Assembly (NCBI GenBank): GCA_009914755.4
Contig: CP068257.2
Coordinates: 13,888,001 to 13,952,000 of the forward strand
DNA from: the human T2T-CHM13v2.0 reference genome, Homo sapiens
Length of the DNA: 64,000 nt
Reading direction: 5' to 3'
A model generated the notes under the pieces. That model made no database searches and had not been told where the DNA came from. It saw only the letters and a list, made by a program, of their open reading frames with translations. The position numbers were made by a program, and so were the translations under genes. Shown here piece by piece: positions 1-12,420 of this stretch (positions within the stretch are counted from its first letter, which is position 1; every line of letters begins with the position of its first letter).

Positions 1-1552
1 GATTGCTATTTCCACAACTTAATGGTTTTTTATATTTTTTTCCTCTTCTGAGTTACATTAACAACCACTTACTTTTAAAATATTTGTATGGAATCACGTG
101 TGTTAAAGTAATTTCTGTGGTTGTTCTGGATGCTGACTAATAAAAGAGCAGAGGCATCTTCCTTTGGCAAAAGTTACTAACAAATAAGAACTAGTAACAT
201 ATGTTCATTCATTATTCTCTGTTTTGGGTACTATATTTGTGGTATGAGGCAACTGTGACAGTGGCAGCAAATTTGCTTATATGACCTATGATGACACCTG
301 AGGTAGGTGACTGTGAAATGAAATTTCAGCATCACCCCTTATCCCCAAAATGCTCTCCTCCAGCTCTTCCAATGACCTTTCAAGTGCCTGTTATATTCTT
401 CCCTCCTTGTAACATCTAGAGTGATTTTTGTTTCCTGAACTGAATTCTAATAGATATATAGGCGATTTATCAAAAGAGTGCAGTAAACAACATACTCAGT
501 AGTGAAATTTTAAAATTATTCCCCATAAAATCAGGTGTGAGATAAGTATGCTCCTTCTCACCATTTCTATACAACATTGCATTGGAAGCAATAGAGCTGA
601 AGAAGTAAGTGGAAAATGGTAGGGAAGAAAACAAAATTGTCATTATTTGCAATTGATAAGATAATCTACATAAAACCCCCAAACATAGCTTTATGGAAAA
701 TTAGTATGTATCACAGACATAAATACATTCGATGCTGCACTGTGTCTACTTTTGTAAGACAGGAAGAATATATCTGAAATGTTTAGTAACCTTTTTTCAA
801 AAGCAGATGAAATTACATCCAAAATCATCAATAACTGAAGAAGTCTAATAGGGCTTACTTCTAGAGGATTCCAGGTGAATGGATACAACCTTGAGCTAAT
901 TGCACAAAAGAAATTGTGTCTATAAGCAGGTCAATTAGCTTGTTTCACTAGAACACAGTTAAAAAGGTAGTTCTCCAATCACTTTGATTTTCAGAAGAGC
1001 TATGAGCTTGATTCTTAATGATTATTTAACATAGTTGAGCTTTAATGGTTAACTTGAAATTTTAAAACCATAAAACTTTATAGAAAATGAATATCAAAAG
1101 TAAAGAAGCTGTTAAGACCACAGTCACTGTACATAGGAATTTTATCTCACTGCTGTAAATCGTGAAATCCTGCCCTCAACCATAGTGTACGAACATGGCC
1201 ATTTCAAAGATGCACCTCTGTGACATTTCCCTGGATTTCTCCACGTAGGAATTTCAGCGGTTATTCTCTGCAGGTAATTGCAGCTTCCAGAATAACCCCA
1301 GGTCACTGAAACACCTTGGCTCTACAAACAACCCATTATTAGGCAGATTACATCAAGAAAATCCATCCTGCTACTGCTGTGGAGATGTGAATTTATGACA
1401 TTGAAGAAAAAAAACATGCAAAGAGGTTTCTGGAGTCTCTCTGTGGTGAAGGCAATGCTCTATGGACACATTTTATTCAATCACACTTAATGAATGAGCC
1501 TCACTCCTTGGTTTTCTTCATCCTCTCTGTCTCGTAGAATCCTTCTAGGGAG

Positions 1553-1574
1553 ATATATATATATATATATATAG
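1553..1574. repeat. (TA)n microsatellite, about 11 units
   Basis: Direct read: an atatatat... run. Confidence 0.9.
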
Positions 1575-3012
1575 TAGCTGTGAATTAACATTTGTTCTCT
1601 AAAAACACAAAACTTGGTTTCTACTATCATACACTTAATACAAAACTCCCACAGTTCGTCTACGACCATTGTCTCCATCAGGGTCAGGTGAGAGGATGGA
1701 AAACATACGAGATTTTGAACAGGGAGAATGTAATGTAAATAATTGTCAACCAGGTATGAAGTTGTGAACTAGGAACTGAAAAGATAAAAAGAGGACGCTA
1801 ATGTATCATGGAGGCAGCAAATGTAGGAAGCAGATACCATCCTTATGGTTAAAAAAACTAAGGGACATGATTGGATTTATTAAAATTTAGAAACTTAGAG
1901 GAGGGGTCTTGCATAACTGAAACTCAGGGCTTTGAGGAGGGCTACTGGTTCAGTTGCTCAACAGATTCTGGTGTCTTTGAGCTTGGAAGAGCGGTCCCAA
2001 GGGGCTGAGACCCAGACTGTAGAAAACAGGATACTGTTAGCAGATGCTGGTGATTGTTAACTGTGACACAGTGAAGCTTGTTTCACAAGTGTTTAAAAAA
2101 CTGTTAACTGAATTCAGCTACTGCATACAGAATTACTACTCCTGCCTGGGTGAAGAAGCGCTGCCAAAATGATGCTTACAGGAACTGCAAACGGACAGGA
2201 AGTCAACAAGGAGTAAATAAGAAAGACCAGGTTCCTTCTTTCTCCTCCAGTCCTAGTCTCCGTCTTGTGCCCCCTTTTGGCAGAGCATAACAGGAAATCA
2301 GGGGGCAAAGCAGAAATAAGGTTTGCAGAGTTCCAGCTTCAGGATCATGAAGCAATTATAGAAATGTGGTTTGAGCTGAGAGACAATAGCTGAGTAAGTG
2401 GCACAACCATACACCGAAAAGTCTTCTGAAATAACTGAAAATTGATTCATGATTAATTACACTACGGTATAGCTAAACTGCTTATGTAGTTTTGTAACTT
2501 ACTAAGAAGTTGTATAATTCAGCATAGTCTCATAGTTTTAACAAAGAGAAAGAGATAAGCATTCAGTTTCCACTCCCTGTTCATTATGGAATACAAGGAG
2601 ATACACTGTGCATCTGAATGTCCACTTTGATTCCTGTGTGAGAAATATCGAACCAGCTTGTGGCTTCCAAGAATAAAATTAGTAAAATAAATGGACAAAC
2701 ATGTAAAAGACACAAAATTAAAGCATTCTTATCCTCCAAATCAGACCAAATAAACCTTATCTCAAATGATATTTCTAAACAGTATACCCACTTCTAATCC
2801 CCCTCTACCTCCTGACACATACTTAATAACAACTAGAATTTCTAACTTCCACATACACCAAAAAAAATTTATTACCATAATTTATAATAATAAATAATTA
2901 AGAACATCTACCTATTGACTTTCTTATCGTGTGTTCACCACTTTAAAAAATGAATCAACTTTCAATTATCTATTTCTTTTTGCTACATGATAAGTGACTA
3001 GAATGTAATCAG

Positions 3013-3232
3013 TTTTTTAATTTTTATTTTAGGCTCAGGGGTACATGTGTGCAGGTTTGTTATATAGTTAAACGCATGTCACAGAGATTTGTTGTACAGA
3101 TTATTTCATCACCCAGGTACTATGCCTAGTATCCAATAGTTATTTTTTCTGATCTTGTCCCTCCTTTCACCCTCCCTGCTCAGTTAAGCCCCAGTATCTG
3201 TTGTTTTTCTCTTCACCAAAAGGTTTTTAAAA
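3013..3232 (-). mobile_element. L1 3'-end fragment, antisense (L1P-type 3' UTR)
   Basis: The sequence 'ttttaatttttattttaggctcaggggtacatgtgtgcaggtttgttatatag...' is the reverse complement of the canonical L1 3' terminus ('...ctatataacaaacctgcacatgtaccc...'), with a T-run at the start. Confidence 0.7.
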
Positions 3233-3706
3233 CCTGGTTTTGGCCAGCGTGTAAAATCATGTGCTACCACATCTTGTTGAAAATTTAATTCACATTTCCA
3301 TGCAGGACAGAAGTTTGGTTTTATGCACCATTTATGCTCTAAAATATGCTCTATCCTTCCTATAGAAAATGCATTCCTAGAAATTATCTCTAGGGAGATA
3401 GTTACATCCATATAAAATAGATTTAGCTGGAGATTATTTTATCAGGTTTTTTAAAATAAAGCAGATGAACATAAACCTAAAAGTTTTGCATAGAATCCTG
3501 GTTAAATAAATTACACAAGTAATGAAACACTATGCAGTCAGTAAACATGACTGGTTAGACATACCTTTTATTAACATAGAGCAAGCTATAAAACATTCAT
3601 TCATTCAAAAAATATATACTGAGTATCTGCATTGGCCAATGTACCAAAGAGTGACAGAAGAAAAAAAAGTCCCTATTGATGTAAAACTTCACATATGTTC
3701 ATATGA

Positions 3707-3731
3707 ACACACACACATACACACACACACA
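3707..3731. repeat. (CA)n microsatellite
   Basis: Direct read: acacacacatacacacacacacag. Confidence 0.85.
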
Positions 3732-5744
3732 GATGTCTGGTGGGACCTTCTCAAAAATATTGAGTCATTCGCTAAAAAATAAAGTGGTTTTCTCCCAGTG
3801 GGGGACTATAGCTGATTTTTACTTCAGTCTTTTATGTCATGTATTCGCATGAATTTATTTTACAAAAATAATATAGCCACTTAAAAAAATCCTATACCTA
3901 TTCAAAATCGAAGGCAAAGACTATTACTACCACTAAACCTTACCAGGGTTACTGGCTGAATGTGATTTCCTTTCTCTCAGAATTGCTTTATCATTTGGTG
4001 AGTATCATTTTGGGGAATTCAGAATACATTGGATTCTGAATTATAATTAGTTTTGAATTTGTCTTTCCTTGAGGATAGTGACACTGTCTTGTGTAACTTT
4101 TTGTCACCTATAACATGTAAAGTAGAGCTTAGATGCTTTCGGTGTGTGCTCAATAAATAATGTGTTATATTTCTAATTTCACTCACCATCAAATTGTACT
4201 GGGCATTAGTCAGGGTAACTGCTTTGCCCATAGAGTTTATAGGTTATCATGTGCTACTTATAGCCCATGTTGAAGAGCAGCCTTAAAGAGCTATGTTTTG
4301 TAATATGTAACCCCAATCTCCAGACACAGCTGATTGTATTGAGGGTGAATACTTGACTCAAAGGCAGCCAATCCAAAACCTGGCCAGAGCATGACCTGGA
4401 ATGCAAATGTGATCATAGGCTACTCATAAGAGAAAAAAAATCAAACTGGCTAATAAACCTGTAAAGCCTTTTCTGCTTTATTAACAGTGAAAATGCAAGC
4501 TAAAAAAGAGACAGACATGATTTTATTCCCATTGGATTGTTGAAAATTAGGAGTGACAAGTCTCATATTATTGAAAATAAGAAGGGTGATAATATCTCAT
4601 ATTGAAAAGAATGAAGGGAAATGGTCACCTCCACGCCCCATGGGTGGGAATACAAAAATTATTAAGGCAATTTGACAGCATCTACCAGCATTTACATTAT
4701 GCTCATCACCTTTTAACCCAGTTAGTCTACTCCAGGAAGACAACTTGCAAAAATAGCCACAGGTGCACAAAGATGAGGCAAGGATTTTCATTGTAATATT
4801 CAAAAGAGATACATTTCCATCATTAGGGTGAAGTAGGCTATGTTATTTTCATTCATTAGAAGAAAGGCAGAGATTCAATAGAAATAAAATCAAACCCAAC
4901 ATCCTTACTTTGAACCGCAGTCCTATATAATTTGGTCCCTGCATTTCTGAACTCATCTCTTCTCTCCTTCCCCACCACTCACCTGCTTCAGAACTCACTG
5001 GCATTTGCACTTGCTCATTCCTCTGCTCGTTTCATATCTCCAGCCATTCTCAGGGCTGATTCCTTCTCTCCAGCATCTCTGGTTAAATGTTACCCCCAGG
5101 GAGAAATTTCCTCATCAACCTGGCCTCAAACCTCTCTATATTTTCTCTCTTCTTATTTTCTTTGTCTAATTTACCTTCTCTTGACATTATATTAAATATT
5201 AAGCCACATTTTTTATTGTCCATATCTTTCACTAGAATCAAAACTTTTATGGGCAAGCAATTTATCTATTATTTATCACTAAATCCCCAATGCCTAGAGT
5301 GATGTCTTGTAAAGAATAAATGTATGTTTGATAAATTCATTTATTCTACAAAAGTATATGATAGAACTGTGTATTTTAACATAGAAAAATATCTAAGATC
5401 TATTGGTGTTGCCAAAAAAGACACAAATGATATGTTCACTTTTATGTTAAGAATACGTGAGTATTTATATATAGGGGTGTGTATGTGTTTAACACATACA
5501 TGCATGTAATTATCTAGATAGAGAACTAAAATTATATATATCAAGTTGTAATCTCTGCCAAGGATAGTGTCTATGGGAAGTAAGAAAATGAAACTTTGAC
5601 ATTGTACTCTACATATTTCTGTATCCATTTAATGTTTTTACAAGAATAGATTTATATACTTCTCATGAAAGGAAAACAAAGAAAGAAAAGTAACTACTAA
5701 TAATGACAAATGACATTTAAAGCTCTTGTAATAGGCAATACTTT

Positions 5745-5905
5745 GAGCATTACAGATGTATTAACTCATTTAATCATCACAACAGCCCTAGAGGATATAT
5801 TATTATTATTAATGTTAATATTACTATTTCAATTAGAGAAGAAGCTAAAGCATAGAAGAGCTAAGTAGCTTACTCAACATTGCACAGTGTCCAGGTAGCA
5901 AAACC
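5745..5905 (+). mobile_element. MIR SINE fragment
   Basis: 'gtattaactcatttaatcatcacaacagccctagagg...ttattattatt...agctaagtagcttactcaacattgcacagtgtccaggtagcaaaacc' matches the MIR consensus core ('tattaactcatttaatcctcacaacaaccctatgagg...gttaagtaacttgcccaaggtcacacagctagtaagtggcagagc'). Confidence 0.6.
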
Positions 5906-8102
5906 AAAGAAGGAAATAAAGGAGGAAAGAATGAAAAGGAGGTAGGAAAGGATGAAGGAAAGAAGAAAGGATTCATTAATCAGTTAATTTATCAGACTGA
6001 ATATGGCAAATGAAAAGTGGTTAAAGTTGTGAATGCCTACTATGCAAAATTGCAGGTTATTTGAAAGAGAATGAAATGTAAGGAAGATTTTCAGCTCCTG
6101 TCCTGGGGTGCACAGCTCTTCCAGAATTCCCAAGATTCCTTGACCAGATGGTTCAGTTTTTCTTGATTCCCACACACGTGTCCTGAGAGAAACCCTGCGG
6201 CGCACAATGACTTGAGTGAGGCTCTCTTCTTTGCCTCAATACCTTAAAGTAGAATGGATGTTTTTGACCTGCAGAAATAATGCCATGTGTTAGAAAAGGT
6301 TACTTATTTCCCAAGTCTGTTAAAGAGGAGAAATTATCAAAGGAAACTTAATATTGGTCAGCAAAACAGGGACAGTTTCGAAATTTTCAAGAGATCATCA
6401 AAACAATCTGTGTGCGTGTGTGCACATGTGTGTGTTTAACTATGCACTGATGCTTTTTTTGCCTTTCTTTCTTTTGTAAGCTTACCTGATTGGTCATTCG
6501 CTTTTTAAAATCCTGCAGTCAAGTATAACCGAATTGGGTGAATATAAGGGCGCAAAGAAACAAGAACAATGCAGGAGAAGACATGAGAACAGATGTGCCT
6601 CATGTTAAATTAAAACGCTCCTTTCTTCTGAACTTTCTTACTAAAATTCTGCAATTTGTGTAAGACGGATTCCATTTAGCACTGCTTTTCATTTTCCTTA
6701 GAGCTTCTCCATGTGATGAAAGAGAGATTGTGGGTGAACATCTGAGATAAGCATGGCATTAGGTCTCCTTCTATCTCTTTATTTATTAAAAGAATGGATC
6801 ATTTATTTCTTTAAGACTAATATAGGTTTGTATCTGTAATTCATTTATCAACTTTAACATTTCATTTGAGATCTAACAGAGATGGATCATTGTGTCATCA
6901 TAATCTTTTAATTAGAAATACTATGTTAAGTGTGCCCTTAAATGAACCCTAAAAATCTTCCTGCACTCCAACCACGGGTGTTACATTACAAAGCACGCTA
7001 GTTTACTGACCATTTCAAGATTGCCTTGTGGTTTTTATGCTTCAGAACATGAGGTTTATTGGTAGTGACACAGGATGAAATCCAAGCATATATGATTACA
7101 AATGTCCACATGGCAAAGCTTGGCTTTCAAAATTCAAATTGTCTACAAAGTAGAAACTGCTATTTTTAAAAAGCCAAAGAAAAAGTAAAAAAATAAAGTA
7201 TCATATCTCATTTATAGATCTTGTTCCTTCCTCTGAAAGATACTGAAAGCTTAGGTAGCAGAGTTGTTTTAAAGTATATTCTCTTTTACAGTTAGGCAAA
7301 GATATGATTTAAGAGAATGCTCATCACTATAGCCATGCCTTTTATGCTGTGAGCTATTGAAATGTGAATACACCACTAATTCTTTGCAACTACCAGACTG
7401 TAAACCAAACATGCCACTTTAGTAAATGACCCTTATTCTTCATTTCTGTTCCTTACTAAAGAGTACTAGCTATTTGTGGAAACCGCAAGAAAACACAGAA
7501 AGTTTGGAGAAAAATGTTTAATCTGTCGTTCCCCTAAGGCAATTTGCATCCTTTGAAGCTCTCTCTGTGTAATGAAACAAACAACTAGTAGGAAGGTGAA
7601 AATTTTACTCAAACAGTTTTTGAGAGTTTACATTTTTGTTTTTTTTCATGGAATGCTAAGTAATTGATGTTATTTTTCCTCACTGAATTCTCCAGTTGTT
7701 TTAATGATAGGTAATTAGAAAGAAGAATTCACTAAGAAATAAAATGGTTTCATGAAGTGATGAATTGTAAAGATAATTTCTCTTGAGATAAATTTAGCAG
7801 TGACACTAAGAAATTAATTCAGCCCAATCATAATAATAACAACTCCCATTTACTGAATATTTACTATGTACTGGCCACTCATCTGGCCCACTCAGAGCTG
7901 AGTGGCTTCAGCAATAAGCAAGTCATTGCTGTTTGCCAAGATCACTTTCAGGAGAGTGGGGATAGAAGCCAGGTTTCAATGGATTAAGAAGGAATGGGAA
8001 AGGAGAAAGTAGAAATAGCTATCATGGACACAAAATTACCCATGAAGGGAAAAAAAAGAAATTCAGCAGAAGCTGGTGGGAAATATGGAATTTAATAAGA
8101 AA

Positions 8103-8150
8103 GGGTTTATTTATTTATTTTTTTTTTTTTTTTTTTTTTATTTTTTTTAA
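8103..8150. repeat. T-rich low-complexity run
   Basis: Direct read: tttatttatttatttttttttttttttttttttttattttttttaa. Confidence 0.9.
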
Positions 8151-8543
8151 AGATAGGAGAGAACTGAGCACATACAAATGAAAGCTGGGATAGCACTTTG
8201 AAGGTACAGAAAGGAAATAAGATAATCTACTGAGCAAGGCAACTAAGGGATTAGGAAGAGTAGGAGGGTTTCAGGAAATGACATCCCCTCTGTGCTGTAG
8301 ATTTCACTGAACCCTACTGGACATATTTATCCTTGGGGATCTTATAAGCACCTCAACTCATCAGTTCCATCTCCATGCCCAAACCCTCTGCCTTTGCTTT
8401 CTTTCTTGAAAAATTGCACCATTATCCACCTACATTCCTAAACCAAAAATCTAGGCCTGATGCTGGATCATCCCTTCTCTTTATCCTTGCATCTTATTAC
8501 CAACTTATGTTCATTTTATCTTTTAAAAATAAGTATTTTAATA

Positions 8544-9210
8544 ACAGATGCTGGGGCTGTGGAGAAATAGGAATGCTTTTACATTGTTGGTGGGAGTGTA
8601 AATTAGTTCAACCATTGTGGGAGACAGTGTGGCAATTCCTCAAGGATCTAGAACTAGAAATACCATTTGACCCAGCAATCCCATTACTGGGTATATAACC
8701 AAGGAAATAGAAATCATTTTATTATAAACATACATGCACACGTATGTTCATTGCAGCACTAGTCTTAATAGCAAAGACATGGAATCAACCCACATGCCCA
8801 TCAATGATAGACTGAATAAAGAAAATATGGTACATATACACCATGGAATACTATGCAGCCATGAAAAGAAATGAGATCATGTTTTTTGCAGGGACATGGA
8901 TGGAGCTGGAAGCCATTATCCTCACCAACTAACACAGGAACGGAAAACCAAACACCACATGTTCTCACTTATAAGTGGGAACTGAACAATGACAACATAT
9001 AAACACAGGGAGAGAACAATATACACTAGGGCCTGTCAGGGGTCAAGGGGAGGGAGAGCATTAGGATAAATAGCTAATGCATGAGAGGCTTAATACTAGG
9101 TGATGGGTTCATAGGTGCTGCAAACCACCATGACACATGTTTACCTATGTAACAAACCTGCACGTCCCACACATGTATCCTAGAACTTAAAATTAAATTA
9201 AATTTTAAAA
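8544..9210 (+). mobile_element. L1 3' fragment (ORF2 C-terminus plus 3' UTR), primate L1P family
   Basis: ORF 8375..8698 ends '...[50 protein letters not shown]', which is the L1 ORF2 C-terminus. A 3' UTR follows ('...ctaatgcatgagaggcttaatactaggtgatgggttcataggtgctgcaaaccaccatgacacatgtttacctatgtaacaaacctgcacgtcc...'), ending in an A-rich run. Confidence 0.85.
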
Positions 9211-9984
9211 AGTATATATTTTACTTCTTCTGAAGATTTTTTCCTGTATATCCAATGTTTAAATATTCAAGTCCAGGTTAGATGCCCTGTAATATCCATT
9301 GGAATCTCATCAGAAAAATAAAACTACTCTAGTTATTCCAGCCTAAGGGATTTAATACAAGGAAATAACTGTACAGAGGAAGAAACAATTGAGAAGTTGA
9401 GGCAACTGAGGGAATAACAGAAGAGAGCAAACTACCACCTCTAGAGTTTCAGGAACCAGTAGAAGCATCATTACTAGAAACAGTGGTGTACTGGTTCATG
9501 TTTAACATCCAGCTCTCTAGGGATAAACAAAACTTTACTGCCAATTTCTGTGGTGTTAATATCATACCATGGCTGATTTCAAGATACCAACATTTCACTA
9601 AACGCAGAGCTGGGAAGAGATGCAGAGATTCAGCTCTTATGAGCTCACACACCAGAAACCAGAAGCTGAGCCTGTCAAGCAGAATTTGGAGCCATGCAAA
9701 AGAGGCCGCTGTTTCCAAAATGCTACCTGAATAGAGCAAGAGGACAAGTACATTGGCTTCTACAATCCTCCCACCTTTCATTCTCCTTTTGAGTCCTTTC
9801 TTCCGTCAAACTCAGCCAAAATCTTGCCAAGCCTGGGAAATGTAGCCTGAAAGTTTATGTCTCCTGAGATACAGAGCAGAGCTGGAGTAGGGCAAGGAAT
9901 GGATTCAAGAACCAACGGCTAAAAGACTGACACCCACACCTCAGAGCTCTTGGAGAACTTCTACCTCTGTTATAACTGATCTAT

Positions 9985-10075
9985 ATGCTTTGTGAAGGCA
10001 GGGACCACTGCCTAGCCCAGAGTCTAACATTCATTAAGCATCAGTAAATATTTTACAGAATAAATGAATGATTTA
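9985..10075 (+). mobile_element. Possible MIR 3'-half fragment
   Basis: 'gaaggcagggaccactgcctagcccagagtctaacattcattaagcatcagtaaatattttacagaataaatgaatg' resembles the MIR 3' region ('gagggcagggactgtgtc...gcctagcacagtgcctggcacatagtaggcgctcaataaatatttgttgaatgaatgaat'). Confidence 0.4.
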
Positions 10076-11312
10076 TTAGCAAATATAATGTCAGCATTTA
10101 ATAATCAGAAAATCAGTGCTTCTTTGTGTATATATGACTTCCTATGAAATTGCCACATTTCTTGGTATAGTGCAGCTATAACTTGTCAAAATAGCATACA
10201 AAAATATTATGCTGTTTGACCTTTTCTAATAATTCTCATTTGTGCCTTATTCCTTTCATCCCATCCCATGCAGTTTGTTGGAAAACTGAAAGCTTTTGTT
10301 TGATCTGATGGCTCTTGTAATTTAAACATTTCCAAATTATTTACAAATTGACGTTTTAGGAATTATCACTAAACCAGTATATTCTACAAGTTTCTCTCTC
10401 CATCTGGGATGTCCATCCATTGCCTCTCCATCTGGCAACTCCAAAGCCCTTAGTTAGAATTTTCATCTCTATTGCTAGTACCTGCCGATGGGCAGACTGT
10501 TTCAATTTCCACCAGTCCTATGTCTGGTCTGACTTCTATTTCTAGCTATAGTCAACAGAGTCAAATGTGTTCCATTTGAAGGACCACATTTGTAGTAGAA
10601 TTTTCCCGTGGATCTAATCCCAAAGGGGCCTTTGATTCATGTGCCTACCTTTGTTCAAATATATATTTAGATTGATTTATAAATCTTGCCAAATATAAGC
10701 AAAATTGGAAATTTGTTAAAGTGGTATGGATAGATTAATCACTAGTATATTATTGCAATAAAAAGAGTCCAGCCTGACCTGAACTCAGCTTTGATTTGTA
10801 TGGAGGCGACAGTGTGTTTTAAAGGAGGAATTAAGAAATAGGGAGGTGGAAAGGCAGAGCAAGATAACGAATAGAAGCCTCCCCCAATTGTTCTTCCCAT
10901 AAGAACACCAAATGTGACAACACTCTACACACGGAAAAAGCACCTACATAAGAACCAACAATCAGGAGAGAGATCACAGTACCTAGTTTTAACTTCATAT
11001 TGCCGAAAGAGGCACTGAAGAAGGTGGAAAAGACAGTCTTGAATGGCTGAACCACCTCTCTCCCATCCCCCAGCAATGGCCGCGTGGTGTGGAGAGAGAA
11101 TCTGTGCACTTATGGGAGGGAAAGCACAGTGATTGTGCAACTTTGCATTGAAACTCAGTGCTGCCAACACCCGGCAGAATTCAGGGGATGCCCACAAAGG
11201 GAGTCTTTAGACCAGCTCTATCCAGAGAAGAATTGTCCATTTCAGCAGTCGCAGCTTGAGTTTCAGCAAGCCTCATCACCATGGGCTAAGGGGCTCTGGG
11301 GTTCTAAATTAA

Positions 11313-11612
<300 letters not shown>

Positions 11613-11639
11613 CTAAATTAACTCTAAATCCTGTCTAGG

Positions 11640-12420
11640 TCACAAGGACTGCAACTTCTAGGCAGGTCCTACTGCTGTGCTGGCCTAAGAGCCAGTGGAC
11701 TTGGAGGGGCACATGACCAGTCAGGGTGGCAAAGGCAGTACTCGCATCACCCCTCCCCCAACCTCAGGCAGCACAGTTTGCAGCTCCAAAAGAGACCCCT
11801 TTCTTTCACTTGAGGAGAAGAGAGAGAAGAGTAATGAGGACTTTGTCTTGCAGCTTGTATTCCAGCTCATCCACTTTAGTATAAGGCATCAGGCAGAGTC
11901 CTGAGTCTCCTGTTCCAGGCCCTAGCTCCTGGATGGCATTTCCAGACATACCTTGGGCCAGAAGGGAATCTACTGCCTTGCAGGGAAGGACCCACTCCTG
12001 GTAGAATTCATTACCTGATCACTAAAGAGCCCTTGGGCTCTGAATAATCAGCAGCAGTAACCAGATAGTACATACCATAGGCCTTGAGGGTGAGGCTCCT
12101 CTGCTTGTGGAAAGGGGAGAAAAGAGCGGGAAGAACTGCATCTCATGGTTTGAGTGCCAGCGCAGCCGCAATATAAAAGAGCACCAGGTAGATTTCTAAG
12201 GCTTCCAACTCCAGGCCCTGGCTCCCAAACAGCATCTCTGGACCTGCCTGGGGCCCAGAGTAACTAACTGCTCTGAAGAGAAGGACACAAAACTGGCTGG
12301 CTTTGCCACCTGCTGATTGTAGGACCCTAGGGCCTTGAGCGAACATAGGTGGTACAGGCAGTGGTTAGAGCAGGCCTCAGGCAAGACCCAGTGCTGTGCT
12401 GGCTTCAGCACAATCCCAGT
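11640..12420 (+). mobile_element. Unclassified segment abutting the old L1; possibly an L1 5'-region remnant
   Basis: Non-coding, with internal near-repeats ('ccaggccctagctcctggatggcatttccagacataccttgggccagaagggaatctactgcc...' versus 'ccaggccctggctcccaaacagcatctctggacctgcctggggcccagagtaactaactgc...'). It is bounded by similar 13-mers 'gctgtgctggcct' at about 11670 and 'gctgtgctggctt' at about 12395. Its identity is uncertain. Confidence 0.3.

Noticed and set aside
8375-8698. A 107-aa ORF ending ...[38 protein letters not shown]
   Set aside because: It is the C-terminal piece of L1 ORF2 from a 3' L1 fragment, not a host gene.
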